DNA from: Spizellomyces punctatus DAOM BR117
Lineage: Eukaryota
NCBI GenBank assembly: GCA_000182565.2
Contig: KQ257454.1
Reading direction: 5' to 3' (one strand)
Length of the DNA: 14,107 bases
A program made the translations under genes and the position numbers. This document shows, piece after piece, positions 1-10,147 of the stretch (position 1 is the first letter of the stretch; each line of letters opens with the position of its first letter). The notes beneath the pieces were generated by a model. The model was given only the letters and a program-made list of their open reading frames with translations. It was not told the origin of the DNA and did not search any database.

Positions 1-200
1 CTTCGAGTGCGTACTTGAGTGCGGATCCCCTGGACTCGGGGAGTGCTCGGTTGAAGGCATTCTGAACAGCCAGATGCGACAACAAGCGCGAGTCTCGGAG
101 GAGACATGCTCGGCTTTCCACGTGAGAGAGATAGCGTGGCTGTGGAGGCTGAAGTGGCGTACTCCACAGTACGGTGAGTGAGCTGTAGTATGCGCGACAT
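1..200 (-). CDS. Possible 5' end of a gene running off the left edge; frame and start uncertain (ATG 200 gives MSRILQLTHRT..., ATG 60 gives MPSTEHSPSP...)
   Basis: All three minus-strand frames are free of stop codons from ~230 to 1. No recognisable domain. Confidence 0.3.
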   Translation of the reverse strand, partial: MSRILQLTHRTVEYATSASTATLSLSRGKPSMSPPRLALVVASGCSECLQPSTPRVQGIRTQVRTR

Positions 201-1185
201 GGTCTCGGTGTGTTGAACCAATGTGTTTGTTTAAAAGCGTAAACTATGCAATGCCTCAAGTCAAGACACCCGACAGGGCGATTACTGGTCAATACGTAAT
301 AGTCTTATAACATCGATGCTTAGCAGCGTTCTCACGTCTAATGCAGAAAGGATTCGAACGTTCTTTGAACATGAAAAAGTGGGAATGATAGTTCCGAATA
401 AAGAATTTCGGCATTAGCTCTGAGACAACTAAAACCGCACAATACCCGAAATCTAAGACATTGGCACCGAAAGCGACAATGGTATCTGAGTGGCACTTCA
501 ACACGACAGCTCAAATATCCTGCATCATACAATGTTCCGTTCCGGGTCCGCTTTGCTCTGTCGATTGGGAACCAACGTTCGGTAGAATATCATAGCGTAA
601 ACTAGGGTTGCCCGCGTGGATGTCCACAAATCACGCACCACGGTCGATTGACGAAGCCCGTGGTTTTAGTTGAGGTCTCGTGTTGAAGGCCTTTACATAG
701 AAGAGATGGAGAACTTCTGAATCTGCGGTTGTTCAACTTCAACCTAGACGTGTTCGGCTCGCTGGCAACTTAATTCATGGACGTGGATATGAGAGACATA
801 ATGGACAAATGTAGAAACTCTGGTTTAAAGATGAGCACGCATTTCCGATTTGTATACCATGCGACTGGATATGGCAGACTGGAAAAGCCCGCTGGCACCG
901 CCGGGCACAAGCTATTGATGACAGAGGGTGTCGCGCTCGATTCATTCAAAGGACGAGATGTGTTATTCGATCAAAGAAAGAGTTGGCCCAGCGGGCAGAT
1001 TTCCAGGCTATGCGACAGCAGTAGCGGAGGAAAGACATACAGCTGTATAATCAGATGGGGGAGTAGGTACATCAGGGCGACGTTGGTACAGAAAGTGCAG
1101 GGCCCTGTGTTTGTCATACTAGAAAAGTGACATGAGTTGAATTGATGCATTTGTCTAGGGACAGTGACGATCGAACGATTGAGTC

Positions 1186-1285
1186 NNNNNNNNNNNNNNN
1201 NNNNNNNNNNNNNNNNNNNNNNNNNNNNNNNNNNNNNNNNNNNNNNNNNNNNNNNNNNNNNNNNNNNNNNNNNNNNNNNNNNNNN
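1186..1285. other. Assembly gap (100 N, probably unknown size)
   Basis: Run of exactly 100 N. Confidence 0.99.
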
Positions 1286-1338
1286 GGTACCGTTTTTACC
1301 CTAGTGCGCAGCTTGTTGCGCTCCTGGCCTACTGTAGT

Positions 1339-1386
1339 GTAAGAAAAAGGCATTAGCCTCTGGACTGACGCCTCCCCATCTTGCAG
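1339..1386 (+). other. Probable 48-nt intron just upstream of the SLA2 ATG (5' UTR, or joining an upstream exon hidden in the gap)
   Basis: GTAAGA donor at 1339, CTGAC branch-like motif near 1364, pyrimidine tract, and TTGCAG acceptor ending at 1386, 3 nt before ATG 1390. Confidence 0.55.
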
Positions 1387-1389
1387 CCC

Positions 1390-4300
1390 ATGTCTTACAG
1401 TCCGAGCTATTACAACGCCGGAGGGCCGGGGTCGGACTATGCAAATTCCCCATACGGCACCGGAACCAACACCCCAACTCGATCATATCCGCATGGAGCA
1501 CCAGTTGTCTCTCGCCCCACATGGCAAACAGAGAAGGTAGAAGAAGAGCTGGCGCTGCATATTAAGAAGGCTCTTTCTCCAGAGGAAACCGCTCCCAAGC
1601 AAAAGCATGTTCGCGCCTGCATCGTGTACACGTGGGATATTAAAGGATCGGGTAGTTTTTGGATGGCGATTGAAACCTTCCCGGTGCTGGGGGACGAACT
1701 TGTGACTTTCAAAGCTTTGATTACTGCTCACAAGGTTATTCGGCAAGGGCATCCCAACGTACTGAAGGATGCAATAGGCCAAACTGGATGGTTCGACACC
1801 CTTACCCGTAGCGTACCTCCTCATAGTACCCGAGGATACGGCGTTCTTATTAGAGCTTACGTCCAATTCCTTTTGGCAAAGCTTGACTACCACCGTCTAC
1901 ATCCAGAATTCAGTGGAACCTTTGATTACGAGGAATATGTAACTTTGAAAGGAGTTGAGGACCCCAACGAAGGTTTTGAAACTATCAATGATCTCCTAGG
2001 TCTATTGGATAAGCTTGATTCTCTTCAAAAGTTGATCTTTGTGAACTTCAGACCTAGTTCCAATAATGAGGCGAGGATAGCAGCACTCGTTCCGCTGGTT
2101 GAGGAGAGTCATGGGATTTACCAATTCCTAATCAACATGTTGATGGCAATGCACAAGATCATTGGATCTGTGGAAGTACTTGCTCCCCTCCGGGAGAAAT
2201 TCAATGCTGGTCACTACGCACTTTTTCGCTTTTACTATGAATGCTCGACACTTAAATACCTGACGTCGCTCATCACGGTGCCGAGATTATCACAAGATCC
2301 CCCAGACTTCCTTGCCCAGGGGCCCCCTACATTACCACCCCGAGGAGAGTCTCCCAACAAGCAAGCGGAGATTGATCTTTTCAACGAACAGCAGGCCGCA
2401 TTCGAAAAGCAACTGATTGAAGACCAACAGCGTGAAGAGCAGCGGCTGCAAGCGGAAAGAGAATTGGAACTTGCGCGACAACGACAGCAGCAGCAGCAGC
2501 TTGAGGCGCAAAGGCAACTCGAACTGCAACGGCAACAGCTTGAAGGACAGCGACAGCAGGAGGAATTTCGACGACAGCAGGAGGCCGAGCGGAGACGGTT
2601 AGAGGAGGAGCGCCTGCGTATGCAACAGCAAGCAAACGCGGCAAATGCGCAACTGGAGGGCCAGCTCTTACAACAGAGGCTAATGAACGCGCAGAATGAG
2701 CTGGAGCAATACCGGAATCAGTCATACCGTGACCGTGACACACTAAATCAGTATGAGCAGGTATGTAGTGGTAAGATTGCCGAGTGATCTTTCCAGACTT
2801 CAATTAGAACACACTTTCAGAGAATACGGGGCTTGGAACAACAATTGTCCCAGTTGTCCCTGGGCAACCGCGATATGGATGCTGCAAAGGATGACCTTCT
2901 GCGTAGATTACAGGGTGAGCCGATGAGAGCTAACCAGTGCTAAATACAAAGGAACTCATAAGTCTTCATCCAGAGGAACTTGCACAATGGAAGCAAAAGT
3001 ACGAAGCGCTGGCTAAGCTGTATGCTCAGCTGCGAAAAGAACATCTGGACCTTTTAAACAAGTTTAAAGACGTTCGGGATTCTGCGAATCGACAATCGGA
3101 GCAAGCCCGAAAAGAGGTTGAGAAAGCGAAATCAGACATGAAAGTGCGTTGGATAGATTCTACATGACGCAGTAATCACAAACGTTACTAACTCGTCCGT
3201 CATTCTTCTTGCTAGGAAAAAAGTAATGAGGTCACAGAACTTCTCATTGAGCGCGATCGTTTGAAAGGGGAGGTGGATCGGGTGCGGGCACAGTACGAAG
3301 AAGAGATGAGTCGATTACGCCGCGACCTGCAAGATGCCAAGGCTTCCCTGAATGACCTCTCTGCGTCCAAAGGGGCGGAGTTGCAAAACATTATTAGTCG
3401 CTTTGAAGCTGAGCGACTTGAGATGGAGAATCTGAACAAGGTATTTCCGTTGGTTCCCGCTCAGGCTGTATCCACGTGTGACGCTTTTAGCTTTCATAGG
3501 CGAAGCAGCAACAAATCGACGAAATGAGGCGAAGATTGGACGATGCAGCAGCGGATATACATCGGTCAAAGGCGGTGCGTGAGAATTTTCTCCTCTCCAC
3601 TTCGCCCTTACAAGCAATGATAGATTATAAATGGGTTTTAGGCGCAAGAGAGGACGCAGCTGTCCTGCAGGCCGGTCTTGATCAGACGCTACTTGCTCTT
3701 GCTGCACAGCAGAGGTACGAGGACTAACGTCGACCATGCAGTANNNNNNNNNNNNNNNNNNNNNNNNNNNNNNNNNNNNNNNNNNNNNNNNNNNNNNNNN
3801 NNNNNNNNNNNNNNNNNNNNNNNNNNNNNNNNNNNNNNNNNNNNNNNNNNNNNNNNNNNNNNNNNNNNNNNNNNNNNNNNNNNNNNNNNNNNNNNNNNNN
3901 NNNNNNNNNNNNNNNNNNNNNNNNNNNNNNNNNNNNNNNNNNNNNNNNNNNNNNNNNNNNNNNNNNNNNNNNNNNNNNNNNNNNNNNNNNNNNNNNNNNN
4001 NNNNNNNNNNNNNNNNNNNNNNNATGTGCTCTCTCTTCTGGAAAAAGCGCAAGCACTTTGCGGTGATTTCGGAAACAGTTTCGTGAAATTGGTGCAGGTA
4101 TAGAACGTTTAACATTATGAATACTTAGCGGCCGGCTTCTCATGGTGCTTTTTGATATGTAGACAGGTGACCACAAGGATGCCATTAGTTCTTCAACCAG
4201 TTTTGCACACGCCGTCTCTCAACTTCTCCACAACGCAAAGGGTGTCACACGTCTTGCTTCTGACGATGATCAGATCGACGGGATCGTCCGTACTGTGAAG

Positions 4301-5191
4301 ACCGGGGCTCTTGGTGGTCGGTTGTTCTTCGATCAGCTGAAGTCAGGCTCACTGAGCACGATTGAAACCTCGCGAAGACCGGAACATATCGTGGGTCTTT
4401 CACGCGAAACTCAGCACCAGCTTGGACGAATGTCCGCGCTGATAGAGCAGCTCGTCGTCACCAAACTTGATGACAAGAGCAATCTGGAGGACGAAGTAGA
4501 ACGTCAGATGAAGAATGCTGCCGACGCCATTGAAGAGGCAGCAAAGAGGTTAGCGGCCCTTATGAACAAACCGCGACAAGGTGCCGATTTGGACGTGCAT
4601 TCGGCTATCCTGGAGTCAGCTATGGCAATGATGAGTGCCATTGCGTTGCTTATACAGCGCGCAACAGAAACTCAGCAAGAGATCGTCGCACACGGACGCG
4701 GCTCAACTAGCACTGGGCAATTTTACAAAAAGAACAACAAATGGACCGAGGGACTGATATCAGCTGCGCAGGCCGTCGCAGCGGCAACCACAACACTGGT
4801 CGAGTGCGCCGACGGACTCATCTCTGGCACTCATTCATACGAACAACTCGTGGTGGCCGCACAGGAGGTCTCCGTGGCGACAACGCAACTCGTTGCGGCA
4901 TCACGGGTGAAATCCATCCCCTTCTCGAAAACGCAGATCAAACTCGAAGACGCTGCCGTTGCTGTGCGAAAGGCCACCGACCTTTTGGTCAAAGCGGCCA
5001 AAGAGGCGGCAAAACGTAATGCGGAATCCAAGGCCCAGGATGACATTGGGCGACTCAATCGGCATCAATTGAAAGTGGCCGAAATGGAACAGAAGGTTAA
5101 GATTTTGGAGATCGAGAAGGAGTTGCAGACTGCTCGGTATAGGTTGGGCGAGCTTGTCAAGAAGGGATATAGACCTGAGGATGATGAATAG
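1390..5191 (+). CDS. SLA2: Endocytic adaptor Sla2/End4 (HIP1R family; ANTH, coiled-coil and I/LWEQ-THATCH domains). Inferred exons: 1390-2760, 2821-2914, 2974-3143, 3216-3440, 3500-3578, 3642-~3714, [N gap 3744-4023], <4024-4097, 4163-5191
   Basis: ANTH motifs ETAPKQKHVRACIVYTWD, YGVLIRAYVQFLLAKLDYH and GTFDYEEY. Coiled-coil motif WKQKYEALAKLYAQLRKEHL. THATCH motifs FYKKNNKWTEGLISAA and QLVAASRVK. GT-AG introns 2761-2820, 2915-2973, 3144-3215 (TACTAAC branch point at 3186-3192), 3441-3499 and 4098-4162 restore the frame. Exons near the gap are less certain. Confidence 0.95.
3744..4023. other. Assembly gap (280 N) inside SLA2
   Basis: Run of 280 N flanked by Sla2-coding sequence on both sides. 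Confidence 0.99.
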
Positions 5192-5409
5192 GCATGACCA
5201 TAATCGACATTTGATGTCAAAATGTGGGAGTAGCTTGAGCACTTTTTTTGTATTTGAAAGGAAACCGGAAAGTTTTATGCTAGTGATACGTAATAAAACA
5301 GCATATCCGCACCCTGGGTCTGTGTGCGTCCATTTCCGATGTCGGTCAGGTGTATCCTGGTTAACCTTGATGGGTATATTGGGTTCAAAAGCTGTCTCGT
5401 CTATACACA

Positions 5410-6846
5410 CTATATATAAATGCGAGCAGCATGAAGTCTAGCGCTGAAGCGCATTCTTCCAACGGTGCTCTCGCCGCGATCTTCACAAAAATGGCTGCGT
5501 ATCTGAAGTCAGCGAGGTGACGGGTAATCGCATCATCATAGAAAGCTCTTACATTGCGATCGGGCTGCTTGAATACATTCGCACCATATCCACAATTCAA
5601 AGCAGAAATAATCTGCAAACTATCAGGAGAAGCAGCTAGATCATCCCCGGTAATTAGCGACAGAGGTGCTGGTCGCATCAGTTGTCCCCTTCTGGACGGC
5701 ACGTCAATCGGAATGGCGGCACATTTACGTGCGCCTGATGGAGACGGAGTCCGCATCGGCATAGTAGCTGAAGCTGGGCGGGTGGGTATTTGCGCGTCGT
5801 CAAAGGTGGGAAATAGCTTTGTCGGACTGCGGGTCACCGTTATGATTGGGGCTGTCGCAGATCGTGTGTATCGTCGTCTTGGACGCGTTGGGGATGGTTC
5901 ACATACCGTCTCCTCGTCGTCGTATTCTTCATCATCTGATGATTGTGGGGGAGATGAAAGCTCGACATCTGATTTCCGAGATCGGAATGATCGATGATAT
6001 TGTGAAGAACGGTTCACATCAATAGGCTTCTTGAATTGCCACGATGAGAGGGAATTTGTAGACCTCTTGAACGAAGAGAGATCCCGTTCTGATGAGGGCC
6101 CTTTTATGGCCGGAGAGCAGGTGATGTCGTTACTCTTGCGCTTGGTTCGAAGAACGTTGGGTTTGGTAATGGAGAAACCGATCTTGACGGTACGGGATTC
6201 GGCTTGGACGGATCGATCGGGCTTTGCTGGTAAGCTCTGAGACACGTCCAATGGCGTCCCTGATGGTGCTTTGGTAAAATACTTTTGACAATGTATAACT
6301 CTTAATGAGATGTGCTTCAACGAGATTTGATCCTGGTAACGCCTTTGATCTTACATTGGTAATCTTATTGCTATTTTCGTCAATTTTCAGAACCTTGCGC
6401 TTAGTTTGCCGCTCCTTGTTATTCACTCCACCGAAAGATCTGGTCGTGGGTGCAGTAAGAGAGTTATGTATAGTAGGTGGTCTACAAGGCACGTGGGTTG
6501 CATCCTCTTCCATTGCCCAGATGCCTTCTTCTTCGCGTTCCGTAATGGTCGACTGGGACAACCTGTATGCGACATTTTCTAGTACAGGATCCAGTGGGGA
6601 ACGGCATGCTCCAGAAATGCCTGAGCGATCTGGCGAAGATACATTGGAAGAGTTCCTGCTTGGCGGGTCGCTGTCACTAGAGATAGAGCACGTGCTGTCT
6701 TTGCGGGTTAGGAATGATGGTCGCTTGAACAGTTCCGGTCTTGAAAAGAATGCTTCCACTTGAAGTGGTGGAAGGCTTTCCGCGGCTTTGGTAGAAAGTT
6801 CAGGTGGTCTTGGGGAGTCGATGTCCATCGCGTTCAGCGCGTTCAT
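5410..6846 (-). CDS. Uncharacterised Ser/Pro/Arg-rich, largely disordered protein of ~437 aa. Inferred exons: 6846-6355, 6281-5553, 5502-5410
   Basis: Two long overlapping ORFs in different frames are joined by intron 6354-6282 (GTAAGA...AAG, phase 0). A second intron, 5552-5503 (GTAAGA...GCTGAC-TTCAG), gives the C-terminus IRSHFCEDRGESTVGRMRFSARLHAARIYI*. No family recognised. Confidence 0.75.
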
Positions 6847-7505
6847 CTTGAGCGATGGGAGAACGGACGTGACAGGCTTTGGACGTATAAGGTCAGGCTG
6901 AGATGGGAGAGTAACCTGAAAACTTCGAACAAGGCAAAAAGCCTAGTGCCAGAAACGTTTTGGTACCCCTTCCCAAGCAGGTCGCAACCTAACACTCGGA
7001 CACACCCCAAGAACTGTATTACCAAACCTCTAAGCAATGGGTAATAACAGTTCAAGTAGAAGGAAGGGTAGCCAAAAAACGCCGAGTATGCAACAGAAAT
7101 AGAATTTCTTGCGACTACCGTGCAGGATGGATGAGCGGAGAATGGAAGGATGGAAGCAAATTGTAACAGGTTGTCAGTACTTGCAATTTTGGGCAGAATC
7201 TCGAGGTGGTTACTGTCATTTCAATGTCCGCCTTTCGGACAAACCGCGTTCGTTTTGCATCGAATGCAGCAATTTCCTATGTATAGAAATCCAATGAACC
7301 GGACTTTATCACGGTTTTAGGTTGAAATGGTTTGAATGGAATCCAACAGATTCATTCAAATCTGACTGTTCCTTGCTGACCAAGCTTCACACGCGAGAGT
7401 TCCGTTGCGAGCACTTCGACTGGCGTCTCGCCATCGTGCGCTAGATTGCAGACATATACAACTCCAATTCATCTCGTCATCTCACCACTTTCAGAAAGCA
7501 TAACG

Positions 7506-8411
7506 ATGCGAGACTCCCTACCGAGCCAACTATCGACATATCTGCAAACACAGCTGGACAAAACAGCCAAACATGTATTTCCATCATATCGGAATCTAGA
7601 GGCAGCGGGGGCCCACCGCAGAACGCCTATTGGTACTGCGACAACCATGTGTCTGCTTTTACATGATGTATTTAATTCTACCACGTCAGATGGACCGATA
7701 TCATCAAATCTTCCCTTACAAGTACTTTTGTATTTTAACCTTTGGATGTTCCCATTTTGGGCAATTGGTATGGTGATCACCGTACACTGGAAGGTAGATA
7801 GCGGTGCTATGATCCTGTCATATAAGCTGCTAATGGTTTGTGCCACCCTTCTGTACCTTCGCCTAGATGAAATCGTTCATGTTGCGTAGCTTCCATCGCT
7901 TTATGATCGGTTTCCTCCTCGCCGTATTCATCCCTGTCGAGATTGCACGACTTTGGCTGGGATATTCAGGGAATCTCCGCGAAAGGGTAAAGACCGCGAG
8001 CAGAACCGGTGGTCATTCAAGTCATTCAGTCGCTCGTTCAGACGTTTAAACAATTCCTAGGTTCCCGAGCTGGCTGGCTGCTTTCTGTTCACACTGTTCC
8101 CCCAAGTGCTGGTAGCTGCCTATTACACCGCCTTACAACCCTTTACGGGTAGTGGGTTCGCTACGCCCTTTGAAATGGGCCTAAATATTGTGTACCTCCT
8201 CTTCTTGATTCCGGAGGCTGTATTCGCCTATAGGGCTGCTCAAAATATTGTCCAATCACAATCGGCACGTTTCTTCCTTACGGCACCAGTTAGGGACGAT
8301 TATGGGCAAAATGTTGACGATAGGGCGAGTGTTGATAGTGATATGACCGTTGCCGGTGGTGGGAGCGGGCGATCACGGCGACTGGCCATGGAAGCAACGC
8401 ACCGCGGCTGA
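7506..8411 (+). CDS. TMEM17: Ciliary transition-zone membrane protein TMEM17 (TMEM17/TMEM216 family), ~233 aa. Exons: 7506-7632, 7690-7793, 7867-7986, 8061-8411
   Basis: Motifs SSNLPLQVLLYFNLWMFPFW and EIARLWLGYSGNLRERVPELAG match the family. Four hydrophobic segments. GT-AG introns 7633-7689, 7794-7866 and 7987-8060. Confidence 0.88.
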
Positions 8412-8614
8412 GAACGTCCGCGACGCGAAGAGATCAGAGTAACCAAGAAATTTTGGCTGTCATTCTGGCACAGATAGTACAGAATTTGAATCGTAAGTAT
8501 TTTTTTGTAGCTAGCTACTTAATACATGTATGCCGTTCTCTCTCCCCAATTTTATGCGGTATGGTTACGCGATTGTCCCAGACCAAACTGTGTGCTGTGA
8601 GATATATAGCCTTT

Positions 8615-9922
8615 TTAAAGTTTTCCGGTGGAGCCCAGCTCGTCGAACGCTTGCTTAACACGTGCAATCATGGTCTTTTCCGCCTCCCGAATGAAGACGC
8701 GGGGATCGTAATACTTCTTGTTAGGCTTGTCGTCACCTTCGGGGTTTCCGATTTGAGTCTGAAGGTATGCCTTCTTAGACTCGTAGAACTTGCGCAAGCC
8801 ATCCCAGTACGCCCATTGGGTGTCGGTATCAATGTTCATCTATAAAACGATGACAAAGCTCAGATGAGTCACATCGCACAAACCTTTACAGCAGCTTCAG
8901 CTCAAACGCACCTTTACAACACCGTTGCCGACGGCGGTCTTGATTTCTTGGGCAGTGGAGCCTGATCCACCGTGGAAGACGAAGAAGACAGGTTTGTCGT
9001 TCTTCGCACCAAGCTTCTCCTTCACGAAGGCCTGGTGTTTGCCCAACAGCTCGGGGTGCAACTTAACGTTTCCGGGCTTGTATACTCCGTGTACGTTACC
9101 AAAGGCAGCAGCAATGGTGAACAGATCTGTGATCTCACTGAATTCACGGTAGATGTCCCAGATGTCCTCGGGCTGCGTGTACAAGGAGGCGTTGTCGACA
9201 CCCTCGTTGTTTACACCGTCCTCCTCACCACCAGTAATACCAATCTCCATCTCTAGGAGGCATCCAATAGCTGCCATACGCTTCAAATACTTTTTGCAGA
9301 TTTCAATGTTCTCGGCCTTGGACTCTTCACTGAGGTCAAGCATGTGAGAGGAGAAAAGAGGCTCGCCGTGCTGCTTGAAGTAAGCTTCATCGGCTTCGAG
9401 CATGCCATCGAACCATGGAAGGAGCTTCTTGGCACAGTGGTCACTGTGGACTGGACACGTGCCACAACATTAATCACACTAATACACAAACGTAGACTGA
9501 TATTCTTCCTGTACGCGCCGATAAACTCACCCAGCACAGGGATACCATACGCCTTTGCGACGGCACGGACGTAGTGGGCACCAGCAACTGAACCGATTAC
9601 CGACGCTTCCTGTTTCTTGTTGTCAAGACCCTTTCCGCCAAAGAAGGCGCCACCACCGTTGGAGAACTGAATAATGACAGGGGACTTGGCATCACGAGCG
9701 GCCTCAAGAGCGGCATTAACTGTAGATGTGGATGTGCAGTTGACAGCAGGAATGGCAAAGTTGTGCTCGCGTGCATAGTTGAACACCTTTCTGTGAAAGC
9801 CACGCCCATCCTGGTGATTAGATGGTCTGATAGATGATACGAACGTGCCTGGACAGTCATTACCTGACGTTGTCACCAGTGACAACACCAGCAGGGACGA
9901 TGGAAAGGAGTCCGGATGACAT
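8615..9922 (-). CDS. FBA1: Fructose-bisphosphate aldolase class II (yeast type), 360 aa. Exons: 9922-9864, 9790-9531, 9450-8912, 8839-8615
   Basis: Motifs FAIPAVN, VHSDHCAKK, SSHMLDLSEE, EIGITGGEEDG, FGNVHGVY, VFHGGSGS, KMNIDTD and KKYYDPR. Introns 9863-9791, 9530-9451 and 8911-8840 give 1083 nt in frame. Confidence 0.97.
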
Positions 9923-10016
9923 TATTTTTGCTAGTGAGGAGGTTGCAGATGGAGATGGCGATGGAAGTGTGGGGACAATCGATTTTGTTGTGCTCGGTAA
10001 AAGCCGGTCTGCGCAA

Positions 10017-10025
10017 ATCACGTGA
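10017..10025. promoter_or_regulatory. E-box (bHLH site) upstream of FBA1
   Basis: ATCACGTGA about 95 nt upstream of the FBA1 ATG. A second CACGTG lies at 10067-10072. Confidence 0.4.
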
Positions 10026-10140
10026 AATGCACTTGAATGCCACTCGAGTGTGATGCGGCTTATATGCACGTGCCCCAATTAACCGATCCGGCTTACCAAA
10101 GACCAGTTGGTAATCCCCGGAAGGCAGGATATCTCCCCAT

Positions 10141-10147
10141 TAGTCAC
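10141..10147. promoter_or_regulatory. Putative AP-1/Yap1-type response element
   Basis: TTAGTCA (reverse complement TGACTAA) starting 50 nt before the TATA box of a PST2/obr1 homolog. This family is a Yap1/Pap1 target in yeasts. Confidence 0.4.

Noticed and set aside
777-1130. 117-aa ORF upstream of SLA2
   Set aside because: No recognisable motif or convincing splice structure; treated as a chance ORF, though not excluded because of the adjacent gap.
2485-2499. (CAG)5 repeat
   Set aside because: An ordinary part of the Q/E/R-rich Sla2 coiled coil.
3715-3741. Possible 27-nt mini-intron GTACGA...CTAAC...TGCAG
   Set aside because: The donor-to-branch distance is only ~12 nt, the intron would be far shorter than the others here, and it sits at a gap edge of doubtful quality.
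3315-4185. Long ORFs spanning the N run
   Set aside because: Artefacts of translating the gap.
5554-6763. Plus-strand ORFs 5554-5997, 6031-6240 and 6305-6763, and other antisense ORFs over the known genes
   Set aside because: Antisense shadows of real coding exons with no independent support.
5385-6846. Cdc25/Mih1 phosphatase or a programmed frameshift for the uncharacterised gene
   Set aside because: No rhodanese HCxxSxxR catalytic motif is present, and a GT-AG intron explains the frame change.
6847-7505. RFX X-box upstream of TMEM17
   Set aside because: Only weak partial matches (e.g. GTTCCTTGCTGAC near 7368); no full X-box.
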